31,361 bases of DNA, taken from IMG/VR virus record IMGVR_UViG_3300037512_000782, positions 316,732-348,092 of that record, one strand, 5' to 3'. Every line of letters begins with the position of its first letter. Position 1 is the first letter of the stretch. The DNA is from a virus (taxonomy: Duplodnaviria; Heunggongvirae; Uroviricota; Caudoviricetes). Below, one piece after another: positions 8,962 to 16,446 of the stretch. The translations under genes and the position numbers were made by a program. The notes below the pieces were generated by a model. That model was not told the DNA's origin. It did not search any database and was given only the letters and a program-made list of their open reading frames with translations.

Positions 8962-9742
8962 TGTCGACGAACTCGGCCTCGACTCCCCAGCTAGCGACCA
9001 GCTTGGCGATGTTGCGCACACCGAATACTTCGGAACGGTGATGGCCAGCGGCGATAACTGCGATGCCGTATTCCTTGGCGAGGATCGGCGTGGACTCGCG
9101 GATTTCGCCAGTCACGAGCATGTCGTAGCCGTGCTTGATGACTTCATCGAACTCAGAAGCGGCGCTTCCAGTGCAGACGGCGACATTGTATTTCTTGCCG
9201 GACTCGAAGTTGAAGGACTGGTAGCCCTTGGGGAATACCTTGTCCAGAAGTTCGGTCGTGATGACGCCAGTTCCACCATAGCCGATGTTGTTGTACATGA
9301 AGCGTTCCGCGTCGAGCCAAGATACATACGAGTCGCACTTGGTTTCATGTTTCTCCACGCTCTTTTCGAGGCCGAGGTGCATGAACACCGTGGCGTTGTT
9401 GCCGTAGGTTTCGTGCGCATCGAGCGGCAAGTGGTAGCCGAACAACGATATGCCGTTCTGGATAAGCAAGCGGACGTAGTTGCCGAACTGCGAGTTGTCT
9501 ATGCACTTGTTCTTGTCGGAGTTCCAGAAGCCGTTGGGATGATGCACGAAGATGACGTCGGCACCACGCTTGATGGCTTCCTCGATGAGTTCCTTGCTAA
9601 GGCTTACCCCAGTGACGACCTTCTTGATTTCGCGTGTCTTGTCGCCGACGGCGTCGACGATGAGTCCGTTCGGACAGAAGTCCTTGAAGTCTTGGGGACG
9701 GAGATGGATGTTCAGATTGGTTTCGAGTGTAAGAAGGTTCAT
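8945..9742 (-). CDS. Nif3-like dinuclear metal-centre protein (YbgI family)
   Basis: D.CPNGL.V, VTGVS, ADVIFVHH, YHLPLDAH..YGNN, TGE, AGHHRSEVFG family motifs. Confidence 0.92.
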   Translation of the reverse strand: MNLLTLETNLNIHLRPQDFKDFCPNGLIVDAVGDKTREIKKVVTGVSLSKELIEEAIKRGADVIFVHHPNGFWNSDKNKCIDNSQFGNYVRLLIQNGISLFGYHLPLDAHETYGNNATVFMHLGLEKSVEKHETKCDSYVSWLDAERFMYNNIGYGGTGVITTELLDKVFPKGYQSFNFESGKKYNVAVCTGSAASEFDEVIKHGYDMLVTGEIRESTPILAKEYGIAVIAAGHHRSEVFGVRNIAKLVASWGVEAEFVDIDNSI

Positions 9743-10089
9743 TACTTCATCTCCTCGCGAGCTTTGTCGCAGAGAGTGTGGAGAAGACGGACGCTACGGT
9801 CTTCGTATGCGTCGATCGGCAAGGCGATCTTGCTGGCATCGTATTGCTGGTGAGTCGTCGATACGTGCTTGAGGAATTTTGCCAACGACTTTTCGCCAAT
9901 CACTTTGTCCGAAATGGCGAAGTAGGCTTGGCCGTCCTTCCAGTACAAGGTGTGGAGCCAGTCGCCATCTTCACTGACGCATTCGACGACACCGTCGGAT
10001 TCAAGGAAGACGACACTGGGGAAATAGGCGCGGATGTTGATCTTGTAGGTCTCAAGACCCATCGTGGGTTCTTTAATCTGTCTTGCCAT
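9742..10089 (-). CDS. Hypothetical protein
   Basis: Start reassigned to MARQIKE (AGGAGG RBS); TAATG coupling to Nif3 gene. Confidence 0.7.
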   Translation of the reverse strand: MARQIKEPTMGLETYKINIRAYFPSVVFLESDGVVECVSEDGDWLHTLYWKDGQAYFAISDKVIGEKSLAKFLKHVSTTHQQYDASKIALPIDAYEDRSVRLLHTLCDKAREEMK

Positions 10090-10099
10090 GTTGGCCTCC

Positions 10100-11020
10100 T
10101 TATTCTGCGATAATCTTCTTGTTTCTATACCAGCTGCCAGCGATGAGGCCGTCAGGATGCACGACGATTTCACGGAGAATCTTGTCGTCCTCGGTGCCTT
10201 CGAGGTCGTGCAACAGCTTCATGTTGGAATGGGACAGCGTAATGTTCAAGCCCTTGTAATTCCAAGTCTCGTAGACATAGTAGTCCTTGAGCACTTGTTC
10301 AACGAGCGTGGAGTTGTCGTAGAGGAAGTGCTTGAGCTGCTGGTACAAGTCATCCGTCGGCGCATTGTCGGTCACGTTGATGAGCCTACGGAAGCTGAGG
10401 TCGTCGATGTGTCCGATGTAATGGTCGATGTAGTCCTTGATCTCGTCGATGGACTGGAGTCCGTGCGGATGAAGGACGCACTGGAGACGGATCTTGGTCT
10501 TCGGATGATCTGCACGGTACTGGTCGAGCATGTCGAGGTCGAGAGCGCCGATGCCAGTATAGTCGTCGGCACCTACCTTGTGACGGGAGATGTTGACCCA
10601 GTCTGGATCGAGCTGGCTGTCGATGGTCTTGCTGAAGTTGGTGTTGATGTTGAGGAACACCTTGTAGTTTCCCTTCAAGAAGTCCACGACCTCGGCAGCG
10701 ATGGGGCTGAGGGACGGTTCGCCGCCAGTGATGCTAACCGTGGCCAGATGGCCTTGGCTATCGAGTTCGGCGATAAGTCTCATAAGATTGGCGGTCAGCT
10801 TGTCGGGGTTGTCCTTGAGGTGGCTTTCCTTCTCGATGCAGAACGGACAGCGAGCGTTGCAGCGGTCGGTGATCTTGATATGGACATGTTTCATCCAGAA
10901 GTCGTCCATGATGCGCCACTGCTTGCCGAACAGCGTGATCGGGGTATCGTACAGTTTTTCGTTGCTTTCCAGAACTGGGTTGAACGAGTAGTTCTTGATG
11001 TCGTGAATTTCCTGAATCAT
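10100..11020 (-). CDS. Radical SAM enzyme (rSAM-2)
   Basis: CNARCPFC (CxxxCxxC), SITGGEP, NTN, NISRH; start MIQEIH with AGGAG RBS. Confidence 0.92.
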   Translation of the reverse strand: MIQEIHDIKNYSFNPVLESNEKLYDTPITLFGKQWRIMDDFWMKHVHIKITDRCNARCPFCIEKESHLKDNPDKLTANLMRLIAELDSQGHLATVSITGGEPSLSPIAAEVVDFLKGNYKVFLNINTNFSKTIDSQLDPDWVNISRHKVGADDYTGIGALDLDMLDQYRADHPKTKIRLQCVLHPHGLQSIDEIKDYIDHYIGHIDDLSFRRLINVTDNAPTDDLYQQLKHFLYDNSTLVEQVLKDYYVYETWNYKGLNITLSHSNMKLLHDLEGTEDDKILREIVVHPDGLIAGSWYRNKKIIAE

Positions 11021-11028
11021 AGTATCTC

Positions 11029-11547
11029 CTAGTCGTCGCTGTTGGCCCATGCGTGACCGAAGGCCACAATGGTAGTGTTACGGTTTACCTTGCATTCCTT
11101 CTCAATGTAGTGGCAGTCGTCGTTGCCTTCATGTGAATGGTAGAACCCTTCGTAGAGGCAATAGCTGTTTTCGCGCAAGAACTTATGGATAAGGTCGATC
11201 AGTTTGTCGTCAACATGGTACTGGGTAACCTTTACCTTCTTGAGTTTCTTGATAATGTAATCGGTACTCCAGTAGTAGATTTCGGAAGCAATAATCAAGA
11301 AAGTGTCGGTGTTGATTACGCGGCACTGGTTCTTGGCGACAAATTCAGTGTAGCGCTTGTCTTCCTTGAACTCGGTGATTACGCGCTTGATGGACACGAT
11401 TTTCTCAAGAGTCGTGTCGAAGAAAGCCTTTCCGGACTTAAACTGGTCATACTGCGCCTTCGGCAGTGCGTAGAGTTCTTCGCCGACAGTGGCGGAATGT
11501 TCTGAGCTGGAGTTGGTTTCAAATACTCCACGGCGTATGGTTTTCAT
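11029..11547 (-). CDS. FETNSSS-motif family protein #10
   Basis: MKTIRRGVFETNSSSEH; C-terminus IVAFGHAW; directly upstream of rSAM-2. Confidence 0.85.
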   Translation of the reverse strand: MKTIRRGVFETNSSSEHSATVGEELYALPKAQYDQFKSGKAFFDTTLEKIVSIKRVITEFKEDKRYTEFVAKNQCRVINTDTFLIIASEIYYWSTDYIIKKLKKVKVTQYHVDDKLIDLIHKFLRENSYCLYEGFYHSHEGNDDCHYIEKECKVNRNTTIVAFGHAWANSDD

Positions 11548-11550
11548 TTG

Positions 11551-11814
11551 TTACTCCTTTATATGCAATTCCACTGCGAGGGTTTCTCGATCAGTGATCC
11601 AGTAGTTGTGAGTAGGGTCGCCTTTGTGCATTGCTTCGGACAAGGTCTTGGCGACACCCTTCGGCAACTGAATAGCGGCTCGGAAGCCGACATCCCAGAT
11701 GCCCCAAGTGGTCGTTTCAACGCTGAACCCAGTGAAGAACGATTGGATGGTTCTCGGAAAATTTTCACCGGGCCTCGCGACGGCGCTTCTGCAGATAATG
11801 TACTTTTTCGGCAT
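11551..11814 (-). CDS. Hypothetical protein
   Basis: Start reassigned to MPKKY (AAGGAG RBS). Confidence 0.65.
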   Translation of the reverse strand: MPKKYIICRSAVARPGENFPRTIQSFFTGFSVETTTWGIWDVGFRAAIQLPKGVAKTLSEAMHKGDPTHNYWITDRETLAVELHIKE

Positions 11815-11824
11815 GTTAATCTCC

Positions 11825-12217
11825 TTAAAGGAAGTCAATACCGTCGGAGAAGATAGCAACATCTTCTGGCATTTCATTTGTATTGATCTTTTCGGTTTCG
11901 GTAAAGATGAACGGCCCGTTAATACGGTTAATCACCTTTGCGACGCCATCGTCACCTACAGGCCAGACTTCGAAAAGCTCATACTCAAATTTGCGTCTCT
12001 TCCAACCATCATATTCTTGCGGAACGTAGGTCTTACAGAATTCCTTCGCAGTGATTTTGAGCTTTCCAGTGTTCTGATCAACGAGCTTCTTGTTGGAAGT
12101 AAGCATATAGAAATTGTCGAAACTATATGACTTAAATCTGATCAAGAACTTCTTGAGGTTATCAGCTTTTGACACGGTCTTTGCTGTAGTCTTTTTAGTA
12201 GTCGTTTTTGCTTTCAT
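11825..12217 (-). CDS. Hypothetical protein with Lys/Thr-rich N-terminus
   Basis: GAGG RBS; tiles operon. Confidence 0.7.
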   Translation of the reverse strand: MKAKTTTKKTTAKTVSKADNLKKFLIRFKSYSFDNFYMLTSNKKLVDQNTGKLKITAKEFCKTYVPQEYDGWKRRKFEYELFEVWPVGDDGVAKVINRINGPFIFTETEKINTNEMPEDVAIFSDGIDFL

Positions 12218-12237
12218 TGTTCAGCTTCCTCGTCGGT

Positions 12238-12564
12238 TTAATCAACCACTCGCTTGAATCTGTAGCCAGCATCGCGTTTAAACCCTTCTATGCGGCGTTC
12301 CTTTTCTTTCTTCGCCTCATCAAGCGTATTGAAGTGATGAGGGCCGAAAGGCGTTTCCCATTCATCTCTCCAATCCTCCCATACTTGGATGATGTAGGTT
12401 CCGTTTTCAAGTTCGACGATACGGACTTGGTGTTCGAAGTCGTCACCGGATGGATGATCCGCCGTCTGTTTCTTGTGGTCAATTATGACATACACAAGAA
12501 CCGCGACGAAAATGAAGAAAATCGCAATGCATGCGCTAAACGCAGCCACATCACCATTAGTCAT
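12238..12564 (-). CDS. Membrane-anchored hypothetical protein
   Basis: N-terminal TM helix; ATGA overlap with upstream gene. Confidence 0.7.
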   Translation of the reverse strand: MTNGDVAAFSACIAIFFIFVAVLVYVIIDHKKQTADHPSGDDFEHQVRIVELENGTYIIQVWEDWRDEWETPFGPHHFNTLDEAKKEKERRIEGFKRDAGYRFKRVVD

Positions 12565-12824
12565 TTTGATTTCTCCTTTGAATGTTGCATGCGCATTGAT
12601 TCGATACAGCTATGGTATACTACCGCAATGTACGTGATAATTCGATTCTCGACTGGATCAAGCCGAACAATCGAGTCGTCACGACTAGTGTCGATGATCA
12701 GCGTGGGAGTCTTCGCTCGTGTACGCTTGATTTTCACGAACACGGAGTTTCCCAAGCTGTCTTCGAGCTGGTTGACGAAGTGCCTACGCGCTGGTTCCGA
12801 TACGAACTTGAACACGAAACGCAT
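12561..12824 (-). CDS. Hypothetical protein
   Basis: Starts 1 nt after rSAM-1 stop; tiles operon. Confidence 0.6.
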   Translation of the reverse strand: MRFVFKFVSEPARRHFVNQLEDSLGNSVFVKIKRTRAKTPTLIIDTSRDDSIVRLDPVENRIITYIAVVYHSCIESMRMQHSKEKSK

Positions 12825-12825
12825 C

Positions 12826-13848
12826 TTACCATCCTTGCGTGGTGATCTTCAGAAGCTCGGCGATGTTCTCCTTGCCAGTGAAGTCGTAACGCTTGTCGAG
12901 CGCGGCGGTGCTCATACGAGCCACCTTCATGTTCGGCACGTCGATATACATGGTGCAGCAAGTGATGTTGCCTTCGCCGTCGGTGACGTCGGTGTCGCTG
13001 CCCTGGAAGAGAGTGTTGAATTCCTTGTCGGAAATGTTCAGCACGGTCTTGGGGTCGACTTGTTCGAGGCCGAGACAGTCGAAGGAGATGCACTTGCACT
13101 GCTTCTTGAGTTCCGGCAAGTAGGCGACGAGCCACTGGATCTTCGTCTTGATCTTGTCGGACTGGTTTTCGAACAAGATGTGACCACGGCGCAAGTCCTT
13201 GTAGCCGAGCACGAGGATCTTGTGGCCCTTGACGAACTCAACGTCGTCTTGGGAGAAGATGCCAGCGATTACGTGGATGACAACGTTGTTGCCCAGTTCG
13301 TTGATGATGGACAAGTCGTCCTTGTTGGTGGAGTCAGTGAGCGACACGCCGATTCCGTGGATGAGTTCTTCCTTGACGTACTTCAAGAGCTTGGACTTGT
13401 AGCGCTGGAGGTGCTGCTGGTTCACGGTGATGTTGGCGATGACTCCTTGTTCCTTCAAGACCTTGAGCATCCATTCCAAGTCAGGGTGCGCAAGGGCGTT
13501 GCCGCCGCCGATTGCACATTCGGTGCCAGCGTGGAGCGAACGGAACACGGGTTCCATGCCGACGAGGTCGCCGTGGGCTCCCTTGATGGTGGAGTTTTCG
13601 TGACAGTAGATGCAGCCGCCGTCGCAGTAGTCCGTGATCTTGATGTCGAAGTTTTCGGGGAAGCTGTAGGTGAAGTGGTCTTGGTCGTCTTCGACCCAGA
13701 CGTTGGCACCGTTCTTGGGATTCTTTTCCCAGTGTCCGGTGGACTTGACCTTGGTTCCGTCCTCGAAGATGACAACGGAATGGTTGCCGTTGATGTAGTG
13801 TCCGAGGACTTTCTTAGAGATAAGCATAGTGAGTTTTTTCATTTCCAT
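12826..13848 (-). CDS. Radical SAM enzyme (rSAM-1)
   Basis: DIKITDYCDGGCIYCHE (CxxxCxxC), AIGGGN (GGE variant), NITVN, GIGVS; start probably at 13848 or 13842, just below the -10 box. Confidence 0.92.
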   Translation of the reverse strand: MEMKKLTMLISKKVLGHYINGNHSVVIFEDGTKVKSTGHWEKNPKNGANVWVEDDQDHFTYSFPENFDIKITDYCDGGCIYCHENSTIKGAHGDLVGMEPVFRSLHAGTECAIGGGNALAHPDLEWMLKVLKEQGVIANITVNQQHLQRYKSKLLKYVKEELIHGIGVSLTDSTNKDDLSIINELGNNVVIHVIAGIFSQDDVEFVKGHKILVLGYKDLRRGHILFENQSDKIKTKIQWLVAYLPELKKQCKCISFDCLGLEQVDPKTVLNISDKEFNTLFQGSDTDVTDGEGNITCCTMYIDVPNMKVARMSTAALDKRYDFTGKENIAELLKITTQGW

Positions 13849-13854
13849 GTCCAA

Positions 13855-13883
13855 AATATAGCACAAATCGGCGTATGTGTCAA
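13855..13883 (-). promoter_or_regulatory. Sigma70-type promoter TTGACA-N17-TATATT heading the rSAM/FETNSSS locus
   Basis: Minus strand TTGACA CATACGCCGATTTGTGC TATATT. Confidence 0.82.
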
Positions 13884-13898
13884 TACCATACGCCGATT
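13866..13898. repeat. Perfect 12-bp inverted repeat with the -35 box in its 9-nt loop (terminator or operator)
   Basis: AATCGGCGTATG (13866-13877) / CATACGCCGATT (13887-13898). Confidence 0.8.
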
Positions 13899-13919
13899 AT
13901 TTAATAAAAATATGTAAAA

Positions 13920-14723
13920 TTACGTTAACGTAATTACCATTCGGTCTGCCAAGACCTTCACCGTGCAGAAACCAGTGGCTCGTTCGCTGGTGGCGACATA
14001 GGTCGAACCGTAGAACTCGAAACCGCCGATGTCGTTGGGTTTCTTCAGCCGTTCGATCGGCGTCATGTCGCTGCCCACGATCTTGAACGCATCCGTCTTG
14101 CCGATATCCAGCGTGATTACCGCGCTAGAATACACCTTGGCCGAAGTGAAGATGGCATCCGTATTCTTGGGGTCGTAGTGTTCGATAATCCCAGAGACTC
14201 GGATATCCGCCTTGATGATGGCAGACATGTCCACGCAGACGCCAGAATCGTCGGTGAAACTGAATGTCATGTGGCCAGCCGGAACCTTGGACACTTCGAG
14301 CGTATTGGGCGCTTCGGTCAGCTTGGGCGGCGGAAACGAGAGCGCAGTGTAGTCGTATCTGAACCCGCTGGATTCGTTGTTCTTGACATACCAGTTGATG
14401 ACCTCGTTAACGAAGTTATCCAAGCACTGGTTGTACTCGTCGGGAGTAAGCTGCGACCGATTCGTCGGGCAGATGTTTCCGACAAATGCCTCGCTGAAAT
14501 TCGACTTGAACGCGAAATGCACATCGAACGTGATGTAGTTGTACTCGCCACGGAATGACACATATTTAATCTTGCTGCCAGATACGTTCGGATCCTCCCA
14601 TTCATCCAGTCGGATCGTCCAACCGCCGGGAAGATTATATCCATGCTCGGAGAACGTTTTAAAGAAGTCGTAGAACCTCTTGATACCGTCCGTAATTCGG
14701 AATGAACTATACTTTGGAACCAT
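13920..14723 (-). CDS. Hypothetical protein
   Basis: Long ORF; start likely MVPKY at 14723, 2 nt after upstream stop. Confidence 0.7.
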   Translation of the reverse strand: MVPKYSSFRITDGIKRFYDFFKTFSEHGYNLPGGWTIRLDEWEDPNVSGSKIKYVSFRGEYNYITFDVHFAFKSNFSEAFVGNICPTNRSQLTPDEYNQCLDNFVNEVINWYVKNNESSGFRYDYTALSFPPPKLTEAPNTLEVSKVPAGHMTFSFTDDSGVCVDMSAIIKADIRVSGIIEHYDPKNTDAIFTSAKVYSSAVITLDIGKTDAFKIVGSDMTPIERLKKPNDIGGFEFYGSTYVATSERATGFCTVKVLADRMVITLT

Positions 14724-14725
14724 AT

Positions 14726-15040
14726 TTACCACCACCTTGAATGACAATAGAACTCGAACGGATGAAGGCTGATCGAGCCTTCATGGCGCTTCTGCAGCGC
14801 ATAAGTTCCATCTTTCCTCAGATACATGTTTTGACAATCCCACTTAACGACCTTCGCCGTAAAGCCAGAGTTGTAGTAGCAGTCGCCGTCTTTCGTCGTC
14901 TTGTCAGACGGGTTGCGCTTGAAGTGGAACAGCGTGTCGTTCTTCGTAGGGTTCCATACGATGAACTCCTTGCAATTCCCTTCGGCGGCGTAAGCGCTAG
15001 ATATCGCCAGCGCTAGAAGCAATGCAATCAGCAGTCGCAT
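14726..15040 (-). CDS. Secreted/periplasmic protein with signal peptide
   Basis: MRLLIALLLALAISSAYA signal peptide with AxA cleavage site; 4 Cys. Confidence 0.7.
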   Translation of the reverse strand: MRLLIALLLALAISSAYAAEGNCKEFIVWNPTKNDTLFHFKRNPSDKTTKDGDCYYNSGFTAKVVKWDCQNMYLRKDGTYALQKRHEGSISLHPFEFYCHSRWW

Positions 15041-15395
15041 TATCTATTCCTTGTTTGCGTTTCCAGTCCGCGAGAATCTTGCCGTACTGCGGCGGGATGT
15101 CCGATTCCTGGCACTTGCCCTCTACCAGCTTCTTGCGCCAGTAGTTCCAAGCGGTGAACCAGACTCCGTACTTCTCGTGGAACTCGTTCTTGTAGTTGAC
15201 GACGTACTGTTGGCACTGCTTCCGATGGGACTGGAAGTACTTCTTGCACTTCCGCGAGTTTGTTCGCTTTCCCTTCTCGGTCTGTCTGTACCGACGGTTC
15301 GCCTCGTTGTTCAGTCGGCGCTTCCTAGAGATCGGATCCTCGTCGACCAGTGTGTTGTTTTCGGTTTCAATCCTCTGTCCTTCGTTCGTTTTCAT
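14997..15395 (-). CDS. Basic helical hypothetical protein (possibly nucleic-acid binding)
   Basis: Arg/Lys-rich segment NRRYRQTEKGKRTNSRKCKKY. Confidence 0.6.
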   Translation of the reverse strand: MKTNEGQRIETENNTLVDEDPISRKRRLNNEANRRYRQTEKGKRTNSRKCKKYFQSHRKQCQQYVVNYKNEFHEKYGVWFTAWNYWRKKLVEGKCQESDIPPQYGKILADWKRKQGIDNATADCIASSAGDI

Positions 15396-15705
15396 CTTTC
15401 ACCTCATTCTTTGGCAGAGTGTACTGTTCTGGATGAAGGAACGCCGGGTCTACCTCTATGCCAGCCTTCTTCATCTTCTCAATCATGTTTTTCAATACAA
15501 TTTTGCTTCCAGACAGATCGTCGTACGAATTGTCTTCGAATCGTGCTTCTTCCGCAGTCGCGTCTTCTCGTTCACAGAACGCATGTACGCTCTTCGGTAT
15601 GGACGAAAGGATTTCGATGCATCCCTTCAAGTACCACGCATATTCGCGGTCGGTAAGCTCGCCTCGGCCATGACGGCACAGCGGACATGTGCAAGTGAGT
15701 CCCAT
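15367..15705 (-). CDS. Hypothetical protein with N-terminal CxCxxC
   Basis: MGLTCTCPLCRH; tiles operon. Confidence 0.6.
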   Translation of the reverse strand: MGLTCTCPLCRHGRGELTDREYAWYLKGCIEILSSIPKSVHAFCEREDATAEEARFEDNSYDDLSGSKIVLKNMIEKMKKAGIEVDPAFLHPEQYTLPKNEVKDENERRTED

Positions 15706-15713
15706 GGGCGTAC

Positions 15714-16079
15714 CTACCGTTTGATGTCTGCTTTCAGTTTTTCAAAATGACGTTTGTACGCGCCAGCCGCATCGATAGAATCTTTAAGGTACGACTTGTA
15801 TACGCGCAAGCATTCCATCGACGCGCTGTCCAGCCCCTTGTCGACTTCCTCCGCGCATGCCGGACGGTTTTTCACGATGTCCTCGTACTCATAGGCAATC
15901 ATCTTTTCTTTGCTCGGCGTGATGAGACAGAGGATCACGAGCATCACCGCAAATACGAGGCTAGTCCACACCAGCTTTGGTGTCGGTGGGGTGAGTACGC
16001 CCAACCCAAACGTAAAAATCGTGACCGTGATAAGGGAAATTAACAAATAGACGAAGGTATTAAGATACATGTCAACCAT
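15714..16079 (-). CDS. Membrane protein (2 TM)
   Basis: Two hydrophobic segments; GGAG RBS before MVDMYL. Confidence 0.7.
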   Translation of the reverse strand: MVDMYLNTFVYLLISLITVTIFTFGLGVLTPPTPKLVWTSLVFAVMLVILCLITPSKEKMIAYEYEDIVKNRPACAEEVDKGLDSASMECLRVYKSYLKDSIDAAGAYKRHFEKLKADIKR

Positions 16080-16080
16080 A

Positions 16081-16446
16081 TTACTTCTCCAAGTATTCAA
16101 GCGTGGCGCGTTTGACGTTGCTGTACTCTATCCAGTCGTCGTCATCCTTGTTGTAAATGCGGTAACGATTTCCACTATCGTCCACCAGATAGCGTTCGGT
16201 CTTGTACTCAATCACCGTACCGTCGTCTTCGGTGATAGTCACCTTCACCGGGTCGTGCATATTGATCAGACACACGACCAGCGGAATGCCGAAACCAAAC
16301 ATTCCGAGCGTCAGCACCGCAATGCAGCATGCGTCGCCCGTGTCAATCGATTTGTAATGGACGCAGTGGTAGATCATGAAAATCAATACCAGAGCACAGA
16401 CGAGCGTGAAAAATCCGAGCCAGTACATAGCTCCCAACATAGTCAT
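16081..16446 (-). CDS. Membrane protein (2 TM)
   Basis: Start reassigned to MTMLGAM (ATGA overlap, AGGAG RBS); two TM segments then beta-rich tail. Confidence 0.7.
   Translation of the reverse strand: MTMLGAMYWLGFFTLVCALVLIFMIYHCVHYKSIDTGDACCIAVLTLGMFGFGIPLVVCLINMHDPVKVTITEDDGTVIEYKTERYLVDDSGNRYRIYNKDDDDWIEYSNVKRATLEYLEK

Noticed and set aside
8540-11032. 437-aa and 322-aa plus-strand ORFs
   Set aside because: Antisense shadows of Nif3 and rSAM-2
2694-11547. Recurring GAGTTCGTCTCGAA-like DNA as CRISPR repeats or integron attC sites
   Set aside because: Copies are in-frame coding sequence with synonymous variation, spaced by whole genes, and not palindromic
2208-11547. FETNSSS proteins as inteins or classical short RiPP precursors
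   Set aside because: No N-terminal C/S start or C-terminal HN splice motif; the proteins are 136-224 aa and look globular; no peptidase or transporter is adjacent
12208-13917. 569-aa plus-strand ORF
   Set aside because: Antisense to rSAM-1 and neighbouring genes, which have clear motifs and translational coupling
14997-15395. Possible homing endonuclease
   Set aside because: Basic helical segment only; no HNH, GIY-YIG or LAGLIDADG motif
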